A DNA stretch of 64,000 bases from Candidatus Poribacteria bacterium (lineage in GTDB: Bacteria > Poribacteria > WGA-4E > JAJDTR01): positions 1,184,001-1,248,000 of the forward strand of contig CBDCTK010000002.1 of the NCBI GenBank assembly GCA_965222225.1. Reading direction: 5' to 3'. A program made the translations under genes and the position numbers. A model generated the notes under the pieces. It searched no databases, was not told the origin of the DNA, and saw only the letters and a program-made list of their open reading frames with translations. Of the stretch, positions 53,485-64,000 are shown in pieces (the stretch's first letter is position 1; every line of letters begins with the position of its first letter).

Positions 53485-53653
53485 AATGGCATTGATACGC
53501 CGGAAATGCGACCTTCAAAGAAAACTGCCGATGGTGCGGGACGTATTGTGGCGGATGTGGAAATCGGTGGAGTAGACCTCGGTGACCACTTGGTTGAGCT
53601 TGGCAAAACCGTATGACGGTAGGAAAAAGCCAACTTGGAATTTCGATAAATAA
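53485..53653 (+). pseudogene. Thermonuclease (SNase) family remnant
   Basis: NGIDTPE..GRIVADV.I.GVDL..LV.LG, then shifted AKPYDGRKKPTW. Confidence 0.65.
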
Positions 53654-53664
53654 GGAGATTTATC

Positions 53665-53988
53665 ATGTTTGGACCTAAGCATCAGTGGAAATGGCGAATA
53701 CCACTATTCATTGCGACTATATCAGTGCTTCTAGTGTCTGTTTACAAGATGACCACCCACAAGGCAACAGTCCCACAGCCAGTAGTTTATACAATGCCTG
53801 ATCTGGCATACCCGTATAAGCCACGTAATATTAACACAGGAAGGATTCGATTTTCCGACCCGATAGCACGTGCTAACAACAAACCAACCAGCACAACAAA
53901 TTTCGAATCCGAGAAAACAGACTCGGTAGCGATAGTCAATGGGGCGGGGAGCCGCCGGGGCGGGAGATTTGGGATTCTAAAGAACTGA
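53665..53988 (+). CDS. Hypothetical membrane-anchored protein (probably truncated)
   Basis: AAGGAG RBS, N-terminal TM. Confidence 0.5.
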   Translation: MFGPKHQWKWRIPLFIATISVLLVSVYKMTTHKATVPQPVVYTMPDLAYPYKPRNINTGRIRFSDPIARANNKPTSTTNFESEKTDSVAIVNGAGSRRGGRFGILKN

Positions 53989-54260
53989 TGAGTATGGGTG
54001 GAAGGCTGGGGCAAGATCTCATACACTTGATTGACACTGCCAATTACGCCCAAGCGAAATCGAAATGCCTGAACGTGTATCGTGCTATCGACAGGTTCGC
54101 TAGGCGCACAAATCGTAACGCTACGGGGGTAAATTGACGATTTTGGAGGGGTGGGAAGGTGGTCCTGGTACTCGGAAGGGCGAAAAAAACGGCTAATTTG
54201 GAGCATGAGGAACGGATTATTCGCCACCGCGGAAGAATTCGATCGTGAAAGGAGCTGAAT

Positions 54261-54509
54261 ATGAAATTCCTTGCATCGTATCGCGTGGGCTGCGCATTAG
54301 CTTCAACGATTTTGTGTTCGTTGGTGTTAATCGCTTTGCTTGTGGTGCTTGCCAATTTTCTTGCGCCATACGTTGACGGGAACACTGACTATCCAGCAAT
54401 AATGCAACACCAAATTACTGGCTTACCTGCGGCGAAAGAATGCAATAATCCACAAATGGTGTTGCGACAAGAACTAACAACGCTATCCCACGAATCAAAA
54501 GCCTCCTGA
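54261..54509 (+). CDS. Hypothetical membrane-anchored protein
   Basis: AAGGAG RBS, TM segment. Confidence 0.45.
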   Translation: MKFLASYRVGCALASTILCSLVLIALLVVLANFLAPYVDGNTDYPAIMQHQITGLPAAKECNNPQMVLRQELTTLSHESKAS

Positions 54510-54718
54510 AGAACACAAAAAATATTGCAGCAACTATGCCCATGTTTGTACATTGATCCTTCTTCATAATATAACTGTCAGTTATATCACGATCCATATA
54601 GCAACTGGTCACAGAAAAAACTAGAGGATTTCTGCCGGATAGGCACTCCAATGGTATAGAAAATGATGTCCATATCCTGTAGTCAAAGCCCTTATCTACT
54701 CATTGCACAATAAAGTGG

Positions 54719-54976
54719 CTACTTATATGCTTTGTCCCTCGCTTTAATGTCCGTCAAAAAGCAAATTTTCTCTTTCCTATTTATTCGGTATTTATATAGT
54801 CCGCGAAACCGCTTCTCTCTTAGCTTTTCTCCTACGAAAGGATTCACGGCAATTGTGTCTATTGCCTCCTCTATATCCTCCGACATTTCATGAAGTTTGG
54901 AACACCTCCTTTCAAATGTGCTTGTATATTCAACTTCATAAGGCTTGGAAGCCTTTCCACTTCTTTGTTTTCCCAT
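54719..54976 (-). CDS. RelE/ParE-family toxin (C-terminus possibly degenerate)
   Basis: YEVEYT..F.R...L....I..I..NPFVGEKL...GLYKYRI. Confidence 0.75.
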   Translation of the reverse strand: MGKQRSGKASKPYEVEYTSTFERRCSKLHEMSEDIEEAIDTIAVNPFVGEKLREKRFRGLYKYRINRKEKICFLTDIKARDKAYK

Positions 54977-55196
54977 TTGCTATTTCCCATTCCGACCGTT
55001 CAAGGTCACTCATAAACTCTGAGTCACTAAGCAACTCAACATCCTCCAAATCAATAAGCGGAGGGTTTTCTGCTATAGCGGCAGGGGCAGGGCGTGTAAC
55101 AGCAGTCTCTCGTATGGCAGCGGAAGAACTTTGTTGTACTGTTCCACTTGAAGGACGTCGGCACACTGCTTCGTCTGCCTTATTTCGATTTTTCAT
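54936..55196 (-). CDS. Putative antitoxin
   Basis: Acidic C-terminus ELLSD.EFM.DL.RS..EI..GKT; overlaps the toxin start. Confidence 0.65.
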   Translation of the reverse strand: MKNRNKADEAVCRRPSSGTVQQSSSAAIRETAVTRPAPAAIAENPPLIDLEDVELLSDSEFMSDLERSEWEIANGKTKKWKGFQAL

Positions 55197-55365
55197 TTTT
55201 TTCTCCGGTTGTCGTCTGTCAACGTTTTATAGAACCCCATTGAGCATTTACAAGTATAACTGAATGACTTAGCAAAAACAACAAAAAGCCGTAAAGAGGG
55301 GACGCCATTGCCGCAATGAGTAGGGAGATTGAAACGATGGGCGATTCGCTTCGTTGAGTGTATAC

Positions 55366-55590
55366 ATGACTACTCAAATGAACAAACCATTGACCATCAA
55401 GGAATATGCAGTTAGCCAGGGACTTTCGGAGACGACGGTGCGCCGTCGGATACGGGCTGGCGGGCTTGATGCTCGGATCGAACACGGTCGATATTTCATC
55501 TATGGACAGAACGGTGTCCATTCCGAAGAGGAAGCGAATATGCAAACCCGATCGGGGATTGCACCCATGAGTTTTGGCATTTCGTCGTAA
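55366..55590 (+). CDS. Excisionase-like HTH DNA-binding protein
   Basis: LTIKEYA...GLSETTVRRRIRAG.L.A....GRYFI. Confidence 0.75.
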   Translation: MTTQMNKPLTIKEYAVSQGLSETTVRRRIRAGGLDARIEHGRYFIYGQNGVHSEEEANMQTRSGIAPMSFGISS

Positions 55591-55642
55591 GGATACCTCG
55601 TGTGTCGCGGGTGTGTTTGCCCTTGTATTCCGTTTGCATCCG

Positions 55643-55738
55643 ATTAAGCGAGTGGATAGCAATCAAGGGAACGGATAGTGACCGATCAACTGAGTGGATA
55701 ACGAAGGCGTTAGGGATCTTATAGCGACTGCGATAGAG
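55643..55738 (+). repeat. Head-to-tail array of partial and full variable-slot units
   Basis: Truncated units at 55643 and 55662, full unit 55685-55718, 3'-half unit 55721-55738. Confidence 0.8.
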
Positions 55739-55977
55739 CACCCCCTCCCATAGAAGTTTCATCGCTCCGATAGCCCCAAAATAAAACCATCCAAACGACC
55801 GCCCTGCAATCTCGACTGGCAAAATGGGCCTCCGTTATGTTACAATACGCCACGTTGAAATCCTGTCGACCTGACCGTATTCCTCAGATATTCTACCTCA
55901 AATCCCCAATCTGAGCGATAGCGGAAGTTCAATCACCTCGCCATCAAACGTATCATCTCACTAAAGGAGGTATAACT

Positions 55978-56415
55978 GTGATCGAGTCAATCTGGGTAGA
56001 ACAGCGTCACATAGACGAAGGTGTCCCTCGCAACCTAAGCGACTGCGCAATCGCCCGTGCATTCTACGAAGCCACCGGTCTCCCGACAGTGGCGCATCCC
56101 AACATCATACGGATATTCTACGCCAAGGAGTTAATGGACCATTATCTCGCGGGTAACGAGGAGATGCGTCCGTATTGGCTAAAAGATTCCTGCGCCTACA
56201 ATGCGTCCCCTGCGGTAGGGAGCTGGATAAAGTCGTTCGATAGAAACAAGCCTTCTGTGCCTCCGCTCTATTTATGGTACGATTATCGGACCGGTAGATT
56301 AGAGACTGATTACATTCCACCAGCTATGAGGCGTTTTGAGAATGAGAAGGAAATGCTCAAGGGCACCGAGATAACCAAATCGGTCAAAGCCGGTACCAAT
56401 GCCGAATTGACCTAG
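55978..56415 (+). CDS. Hypothetical phage-like protein
   Basis: AAAGGAGG RBS; I.V...HIDEG....C.IA.A...WI.SFDR pattern. Confidence 0.7.
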   Translation: MIESIWVEQRHIDEGVPRNLSDCAIARAFYEATGLPTVAHPNIIRIFYAKELMDHYLAGNEEMRPYWLKDSCAYNASPAVGSWIKSFDRNKPSVPPLYLWYDYRTGRLETDYIPPAMRRFENEKEMLKGTEITKSVKAGTNAELT

Positions 56416-56433
56416 AAATCTTCTGTTTAAGTC

Positions 56434-56652
56434 GTAGGGTGCTATCAGTCGGCCGAATAGTGATTAGGATTTTCTATCCTAACCTATCCGCTCAGTTAAT
56501 CGATAGCGAACCCAACTCAATAGGAAATTCAGTCGATAGTTGTAGGTGCGCATTGCAATCAAACGACTGGACAGGGAGTAAGATTTCCTATCGCCTTCGC
56601 TCAGTTGATCGATAGAGTTCCCATAGAGATCCCACCAGCCTTTGAAAACCCT
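56434..56652. repeat. Mixed-orientation cluster of degenerate variable-slot units within GTAG repeats
   Basis: Units at 56444(+), about 56468-56500(-), 56558-56579(+), 56582-56609(-); flanks GTAGGGTGC and ACCAGCC match the MITE interior. Confidence 0.7.
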
Positions 56653-56815
56653 AACGCCAGAACAGGATAGGGGTGTAAAACCAGAAACCACCTCGCTCCG
56701 CATTGGGTTATTCGACTCCGGTTGAACTTGGGCAGCAGAACTTGCCTTGGTTTTCCTTATTTGTGATCTAGAGTAGCGTTAGCGCTTCATCGTGACATGG
56801 AAAGGAGTTTATACC

Positions 56816-57433
56816 GTGAAGATACTGGTTATCAGTTCTTGCACAAGCGATAAGCTAGATTGTGAAGCCTCCGCTGCAAAGATGTATACCGGACTTCAAC
56901 ATAGGTATTTAATGGAAGGATTGGAAAAGGTGCGGAACAGCTTTGGAGAACAAGCTATTGATTTAGCAATTATCTCCGCGAAGTATGGTTTGCTCAGTGA
57001 ATGCGATGTTATAGCTCCTTACAATTGTACATTTCCAGGTCTTAAGAAAAAGGAAGTCTTGGAGCGCAGTGACAGCCTTCATCTTCATGAACGGACGAAG
57101 GCGTTAATTACGCGCTATGATTTGGTTTTCTTTTTATTGGGTAAAGAGTACGTCCAAGCGTTGCAACTCCCTTTTGATGTTCCGGATACGGTTGCTCAGA
57201 TTTTTCTGCTCGGCCCAATAAATAGGAAGCTGATTCCTAATTTGCCAAATGTCTATTTTATTCCAGCTGGCAGAGATTTAGCGAAAACACTCGGTGTCAT
57301 GATAACTGCCCTTAAAGGAGTCATGTTTAAAAAATTGTGTTGCGTTGTATGTCGTGAGGGATTAGAGGTCTTTGAAATGATTAGGCAGGATCCACAGCTA
57401 GTCCTTGAGTTGGTGCATGATGGAGAGGGGTAA
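56816..57433 (+). CDS. DUF6884-like (YaaA-related) protein
   Basis: LVISSCT..K....A..MYTG, IISAKYGLL....I.PYN; AAGGAG RBS. Confidence 0.75.
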   Translation: MKILVISSCTSDKLDCEASAAKMYTGLQHRYLMEGLEKVRNSFGEQAIDLAIISAKYGLLSECDVIAPYNCTFPGLKKKEVLERSDSLHLHERTKALITRYDLVFFLLGKEYVQALQLPFDVPDTVAQIFLLGPINRKLIPNLPNVYFIPAGRDLAKTLGVMITALKGVMFKKLCCVVCREGLEVFEMIRQDPQLVLELVHDGEG

Positions 57434-57805
57434 AGCGTTGGGCTTTACTTGGTAACGCTTGATAGCCACGCAATGAAAGCGAAGTTTGTCTTAACTTCGA
57501 TGGTACTTGAGAATACATACATTAATCCACCGTCCATGACAACACCCATCGGGGTCTTGTTCTCGCTAATGGTTCGGTTGCCCCGTCATCCCCAAAGCCC
57601 ATTTCTACTACGAACGCGCAGGTCTTTAGAACCGAGAGCTCACCCACTGTTGGGCGGTGTACAACCACTGCGACACGCCACTGGTAATAGCGCTGCCTCG
57701 GGAGGTACAAGGCTTTGCCTTCGAGTCCGCACGCGGCCTGGCAGGGTTGCTCACAATTTAGTTTATTTTTGAGCCGACTAGACATTATTCCAAGAGGTGG
57801 TACTC

Positions 57806-58276
57806 ATGACTGAAGACCAATCCCAAAGCCGGTTATCCTACGGTAGAAGGCACGAATATATTGTAATAGCGGAATTGCTGCGACACGGATTTGATGTTTA
57901 CATACCTTTGGTGGATGACCGGCAGATTGACTGTATCATCCGGCGTGGCGACGACCACTATATTGACTTGCAACTTAAAGCGAGATCTAGGGATGGTAAC
58001 TTCGCTGCGATGAACATTGCCTGCCCTAGAAAAAATTACTTCTTCGTCTTCTATGTTGAGAGCATAAAAACTCGCTGGATTTTCCCCTCTCGCGATCTTG
58101 TTGAGGCAGCGAACCAAGACCGGACGGGAAGAAATACAGGAAAATTTAACATTTACCTCACTAGTCGTAGTGGTGGGGAAGTACGCCCCTCGCAAACATT
58201 CGACGAGTATATAGACTTCTCCGAATACTTAGGCATAGACAGAGAATTTGAACGCCTGCGAGGCCCCAAAGAATGA
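57806..58276 (+). CDS. PD-(D/E)xK endonuclease-fold protein
   Basis: E.IVIAELL..G.DVY.P.VDD..ID.I...IDLQLKAR. Confidence 0.8.
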   Translation: MTEDQSQSRLSYGRRHEYIVIAELLRHGFDVYIPLVDDRQIDCIIRRGDDHYIDLQLKARSRDGNFAAMNIACPRKNYFFVFYVESIKTRWIFPSRDLVEAANQDRTGRNTGKFNIYLTSRSGGEVRPSQTFDEYIDFSEYLGIDREFERLRGPKE

Positions 58277-58545
58277 ATACAGGAGAACGTTTGTATGCAG
58301 TAATAAGCGGCTGCGTTTGCGTCATACTCGCCCTTGTCCTCTGCTCCTTCTTACCTCTCGGCGTTCAAAGCCAATCCGATAAATTAAGCGAAATCACATG
58401 TACTGCGCTTAGGGTGGTCAATAATCGGGGGGATGAAGTGGTTCGACTGCTGGCTGGCGAATACGGAGGACTCATAGGGATCTACGAGGAAAATGGGCAA
58501 CACGCACAAACAGCATTGGTAACTAAAGAAGGCGAGTCATTTTGA
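58273..58545 (+). CDS. Truncated exported protein of the 'EI.C..L.VV' family
   Basis: Signal peptide then SEITCTALRVV; overlaps a convergent gene. Confidence 0.55.
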   Translation: MNTGERLYAVISGCVCVILALVLCSFLPLGVQSQSDKLSEITCTALRVVNNRGDEVVRLLAGEYGGLIGIYEENGQHAQTALVTKEGESF

Positions 58546-58731
58546 AGATAGATTTTTCTCAATTAGACCATTTACAGAGTTTATCAATGCGGTAAGCGCA
58601 GGAGTTACCGCGACTTGATGAAGACGGATTTCGGAAATTTCTTCCCCTATATTGGCAATATTAGTTTCGATGGTTTTAAGACGCTTATCAAGTTCTTCGC
58701 CGACAATGCGACGCAGACTTTCTTCGTTCAT
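58537..58731 (-). CDS. Small coiled-coil hypothetical protein
   Basis: AAGGA RBS; ATGA overlap with the upstream ORF. Confidence 0.6.
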   Translation of the reverse strand: MNEESLRRIVGEELDKRLKTIETNIANIGEEISEIRLHQVAVTPALTALINSVNGLIEKNLSSK

Positions 58732-58997
58732 GGTGAATGTCCTTTGCCCTTTTGCGTAGGTGGTGGGGCCGTCGTTGGATACTCCAGTAGGAAATAATTG
58801 CTATTTATAACTAGCCCGCGTTGTTTAAACAGAGCGCCCTGGAAAACGCCCTCTGTTTTTAGAACACGGGTAGCTTTTTCCAAATCGTCAAAAAAAGCAT
58901 TTCCACTCAACAACTTGGATTCAAACTCAAGGATTACCCCCTCGCGCTTACGGAGATACTCGTTCACGCGATGGAATTGTTCTAAAGCTGTATTCAA
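58728..58997 (-). CDS. Hypothetical protein
   Basis: AAGGAG RBS before TTG. Confidence 0.55.
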   Translation of the reverse strand: MNTALEQFHRVNEYLRKREGVILEFESKLLSGNAFFDDLEKATRVLKTEGVFQGALFKQRGLVINSNYFLLEYPTTAPPPTQKGKGHSP

Positions 58998-59187
58998 GCT
59001 ACTCCTTTGACGAGTTTCAGGATTTGATTATCACAATAGCGTTTTTTATAAGAAAACTTCGCGACAGAAAACCGACTTGTACCATTTCTCTAAAATTCAA
59101 GTGCATTGATTACAGTGGATCAAGTAAAGAAATCTGTGCGGAGAGAAGTAAGAAGCCGTATCTCCGCGCAAAGCAGGCGGGCAGGGG

Positions 59188-59221
59188 AATCTCTATCGCA
59201 CTCCCTGTTCGGTCATTTGAT
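59188..59221 (-). repeat. 34-bp variable-slot unit inside a GTAG hairpin downstream of katG
   Basis: Minus strand GTAGGGCAG...ATCAA AT GA CC GAAC A GG GA GT GCGATAG AG ATT...CTGCCC. Confidence 0.85.
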
Positions 59222-59248
59222 CGCTCCCACTGCCCTACCTCGCCGAAA

Positions 59249-61543
<2,295 letters not shown>

Positions 61544-61968
61544 TCAATAACTACAATTTCGGCTAACGTTGCCGCAATCGCTCAGGTTAAGAAATAGTGC
61601 AAAGACATTGAGTTTTCAAGAAAAAACTCGGTTTCTCTGAGCTGCCCTGCACTTTCTTATGAAGGGAATTTCCGCAATTTGTGAACCCGCAATGCGGGTT
61701 ACCCAAAGCAAATATGGCGTAGCCTGCATGTTCTCACAATACCGAGCTATTGTCAAGTATAAGTGTCGAATCGTCAATGCCAATTGTGCCATAATCCATA
61801 TAGCCGAATGAGCTATCTATCGGACTGGCAAATCCGTCCTCAGCCGGGCTATACTATTGAGTCGGGAAGTTTCTTCAACTGTCCAGATTCGTTAGATTGC
61901 CTAACCTAAATCTCCCCAATTTTTGTCTAAAGACTGTGGGTAAATTCACACCACCCACTGTCTTTCGA

Positions 61969-61997
61969 TTGACAACTTTACATAGGTCAAGTATAAT
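61969..61997 (+). promoter_or_regulatory. Consensus sigma70 promoter
   Basis: TTGACA-N17-TATAAT; flanks resemble those at 44684. Confidence 0.7.
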
Positions 61998-62461
61998 TTG
62001 GATGTAATGAATGCGTAGTGCCAGAGAAAGTGCGAACCTCTCAAATCTGTAGGCTCAAAAACGGCCCCGAAACGCAAACTTTTTTCTCCGTTAACATTTT
62101 GTTCACATCCATGACGCCACAAACCCACACCAGCAAAGGAAACCTTAATCTCGGAACATGTGAACACCCCCTCCAAATCGGCGCCTTGTTCACATTCTTG
62201 TACCTATTTTTTGCCCCTATTTTTCAAATGAAATGTGAACAAACCATACCTAAACCTTCAAAAAAGTGCGATGAGTATACATTATTTCACGCCAGCCGCA
62301 CCTTCATACAGTCATTCTTGAGACACATTGGTCGCATATTTATGCGCGAAATCCCCAATTTCCCTTCTCTCCATTCACGGGGGTTCGATTATAATCACAT
62401 ATGAAATTAGTCATCTGCTTCTGGAACTCAAACGTCTATCAAAGCGTAATATAACAGCCTT

Positions 62462-62482
62462 GTAGGGTGGGCACTGCCCACC
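62462..62482 (+). repeat. GTAG-type REP-like palindrome
   Basis: GTAG GGTGGGCA C TGCCCACC. Confidence 0.75.
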
Positions 62483-62702
62483 ATTTTATCTTCATTCGAA
62501 CGCTGTGCCACCCTCCAAATACCGCGCCTCCCCGTTTGGAGGGCGTCGCGCTGGGGAGGTACCCAAAGATTAATCTTGGATTGGCGATTTCCGTTTTTTG
62601 CGGAACGAACCCAAACTGCCCAAGTAGGTTGGGATTGTTGAAACCCTCCCGTGCACACAGACACAAAACTCAGAAAGTAAGGCAGGCCGACACGGTGGGG
62701 TA

Positions 62703-62990
62703 ATGTCACAGCGACGATTCACATGGGATCCCCAAAAAAACCAAATCAATATCGGAAAACATCACATCAGTTTCCCCAGAGCGGCGAAGATTTTTGATGC
62801 ACCCCGAGTGGAAAAAGAAGATACGCGTCAAGACCATGGTGAAGAACGAATAATTGCGTTGGGACAAAGTGAAGGAAGAATCCTACGAGTAGTTTATACA
62901 CGGCGCAATTCGGTCATCCGAGTCATTTCGGCAAGGAGGGCGAAAAAGCATGAAAGAGCAGAATACATACGTCGAGTACACGCGTTCTGA
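62703..62990 (+). CDS. BrnT-family toxin
   Basis: FTWD..KN..N..KH.ISF..A..IF, EER...G, VVYT.R...IRVISARRA...ER..Y. Confidence 0.92.
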   Translation: MSQRRFTWDPQKNQINIGKHHISFPRAAKIFDAPRVEKEDTRQDHGEERIIALGQSEGRILRVVYTRRNSVIRVISARRAKKHERAEYIRRVHAF

Positions 62991-63225
62991 ACTGGACGCA
63001 ATCCCTGACGAGACCGACTGGGATCGTGTCGATGAACTGACCGATAAGGACATTGACGCGGCAGCGCGATCGGATGCGGACGATCCGCCAACAGAAGAAT
63101 CCTTCTGGAAGGATTCAACGGTCGTCGAGTCAGAAAACGCTGCGGGCCACACTCCCAGTTCAGGAGATGAGAAACCGAAATTGTCCGAGTTGAACCCAAA
63201 AGCGGACACGCTTGCTCAGTCCTAG
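62950..63225 (+). CDS. BrnA-like antitoxin, N-terminal part only
   Basis: TDWDRVD.LTD.DI..A..SD.D.PP...FW; no recognisable C-terminal RHH. Confidence 0.7.
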   Translation: MKEQNTYVEYTRSELDAIPDETDWDRVDELTDKDIDAAARSDADDPPTEESFWKDSTVVESENAAGHTPSSGDEKPKLSELNPKADTLAQS

Positions 63226-63444
63226 TAAGCAACATAATTCAAGAGAAGTTACGCTCAAATATCATGATAAAAGAATGCAAGGAGGGAAGATTGGACGAGA
63301 AGCCCCCACTCTCCCGCTCCAGAGGATTGAGGGTGGCGTGGGAAGAAATCTTCCACTCTTCCAATCCTATTCTTCCCACGTCTATGCTGAAGATAAACTT
63401 TTATATTGAAGCTTGTTAATCCCAGATACGAAAGGAAACACATT

Positions 63445-64000
63445 ATGATTGCAGATCTTAAATCCGAAGTTGATACCATGAACACTCGACTCGTTGAACT
63501 CCGGAGGTATCTTTGACCTAGAAAACAAAGAGAATGAACTGGCAACGCTTGAGGAAGAGCATTCAAAACCCGATTTTTGGAACAATCCACAGCAAGCTCA
63601 GAAAACCAGCCAGCGGATGGCGCAACTCCGCAATGAGGTGACAACGTACAAAGACATAGAATCGGAATTGCAGAATCTCCAAGTGTTAGTCGATCTCGCT
63701 ATTGAGGAAGACGATGAAAGTTTCAATGACGAAATCACTACCGGATTAAAGGAGATTGCGACGCAAATTGAAGGCATTGAGTTCAAGTTGATGCTTGATG
63801 GGAAACATGATGTCAATAATGCGATTCTGTATATCCGTCCCGGCGCGGGGGGGACAGAGTCTCAAGATTGGGCAGCAATGCTCATGCGCATGTATCTTCG
63901 TTGGTGTGAACGGAGTGATTACGACACAGAAACGCTAGAATTGACGCCTGGCGATGAAGCGGGAATCAAAAGCGCTACCATTCTCGTCACAGGCGAGTAC
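63445..64000 (+). CDS. prfB: Peptide chain release factor 2 (partial; programmed +1 frameshift)
   Basis: GGAGG-TAT-CTT-TGA-C at 63503-63517; shifted frame gives PDFWN and GAGGTESQDWAAMLMRMY. Confidence 0.96.

Noticed and set aside
57434-57796. ncRNA or gene between the DUF6884-like and nuclease genes
   Set aside because: Some hairpins and overlapping ORFs on both strands, but nothing recognisable.

Overview
Bacterial chromosomal window, probably Candidatus Poribacteria or a relative (inferred from the C-terminal 'GKLTTLWGKLK' motif, PorV, DUF4159 paralogues and TPR richness; not verified). It runs from the 3' end of rpoC to the 5' part of prfB (+1 frameshift). Core blocks carry fumC, a three-gene succinate dehydrogenase, a UGSC-type selenoprotein, aroA, peptidases, porV-like, lnt and katG. 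Two accessory zones (about 19.9-28.9 kb and 41.6-59.2 kb) carry IS1595 copies, a GmrSD-like nuclease, toxin-antitoxin pairs, phage-like ORFs and many pseudogenes. IS5-type MITEs sit at 35.8 kb (core block) and 45.7 kb. The most unusual signal is a dispersed intergenic ~34-bp unit, ATCAA-nn-GA-nn-GRnn-A-nn-GA-nn-GCGATAG-nn-ATC, with 11 full copies plus partial and concatenated ones. It has a fixed scaffold and hypervariable dinucleotide slots that almost always read (not-T)(not-A). It sits inside REP-like hairpins and differs in content and copy number between otherwise near-identical MITE copies. I recognise no enzyme in the window that would generate it. All family calls are from motif recognition by eye, without database searches.
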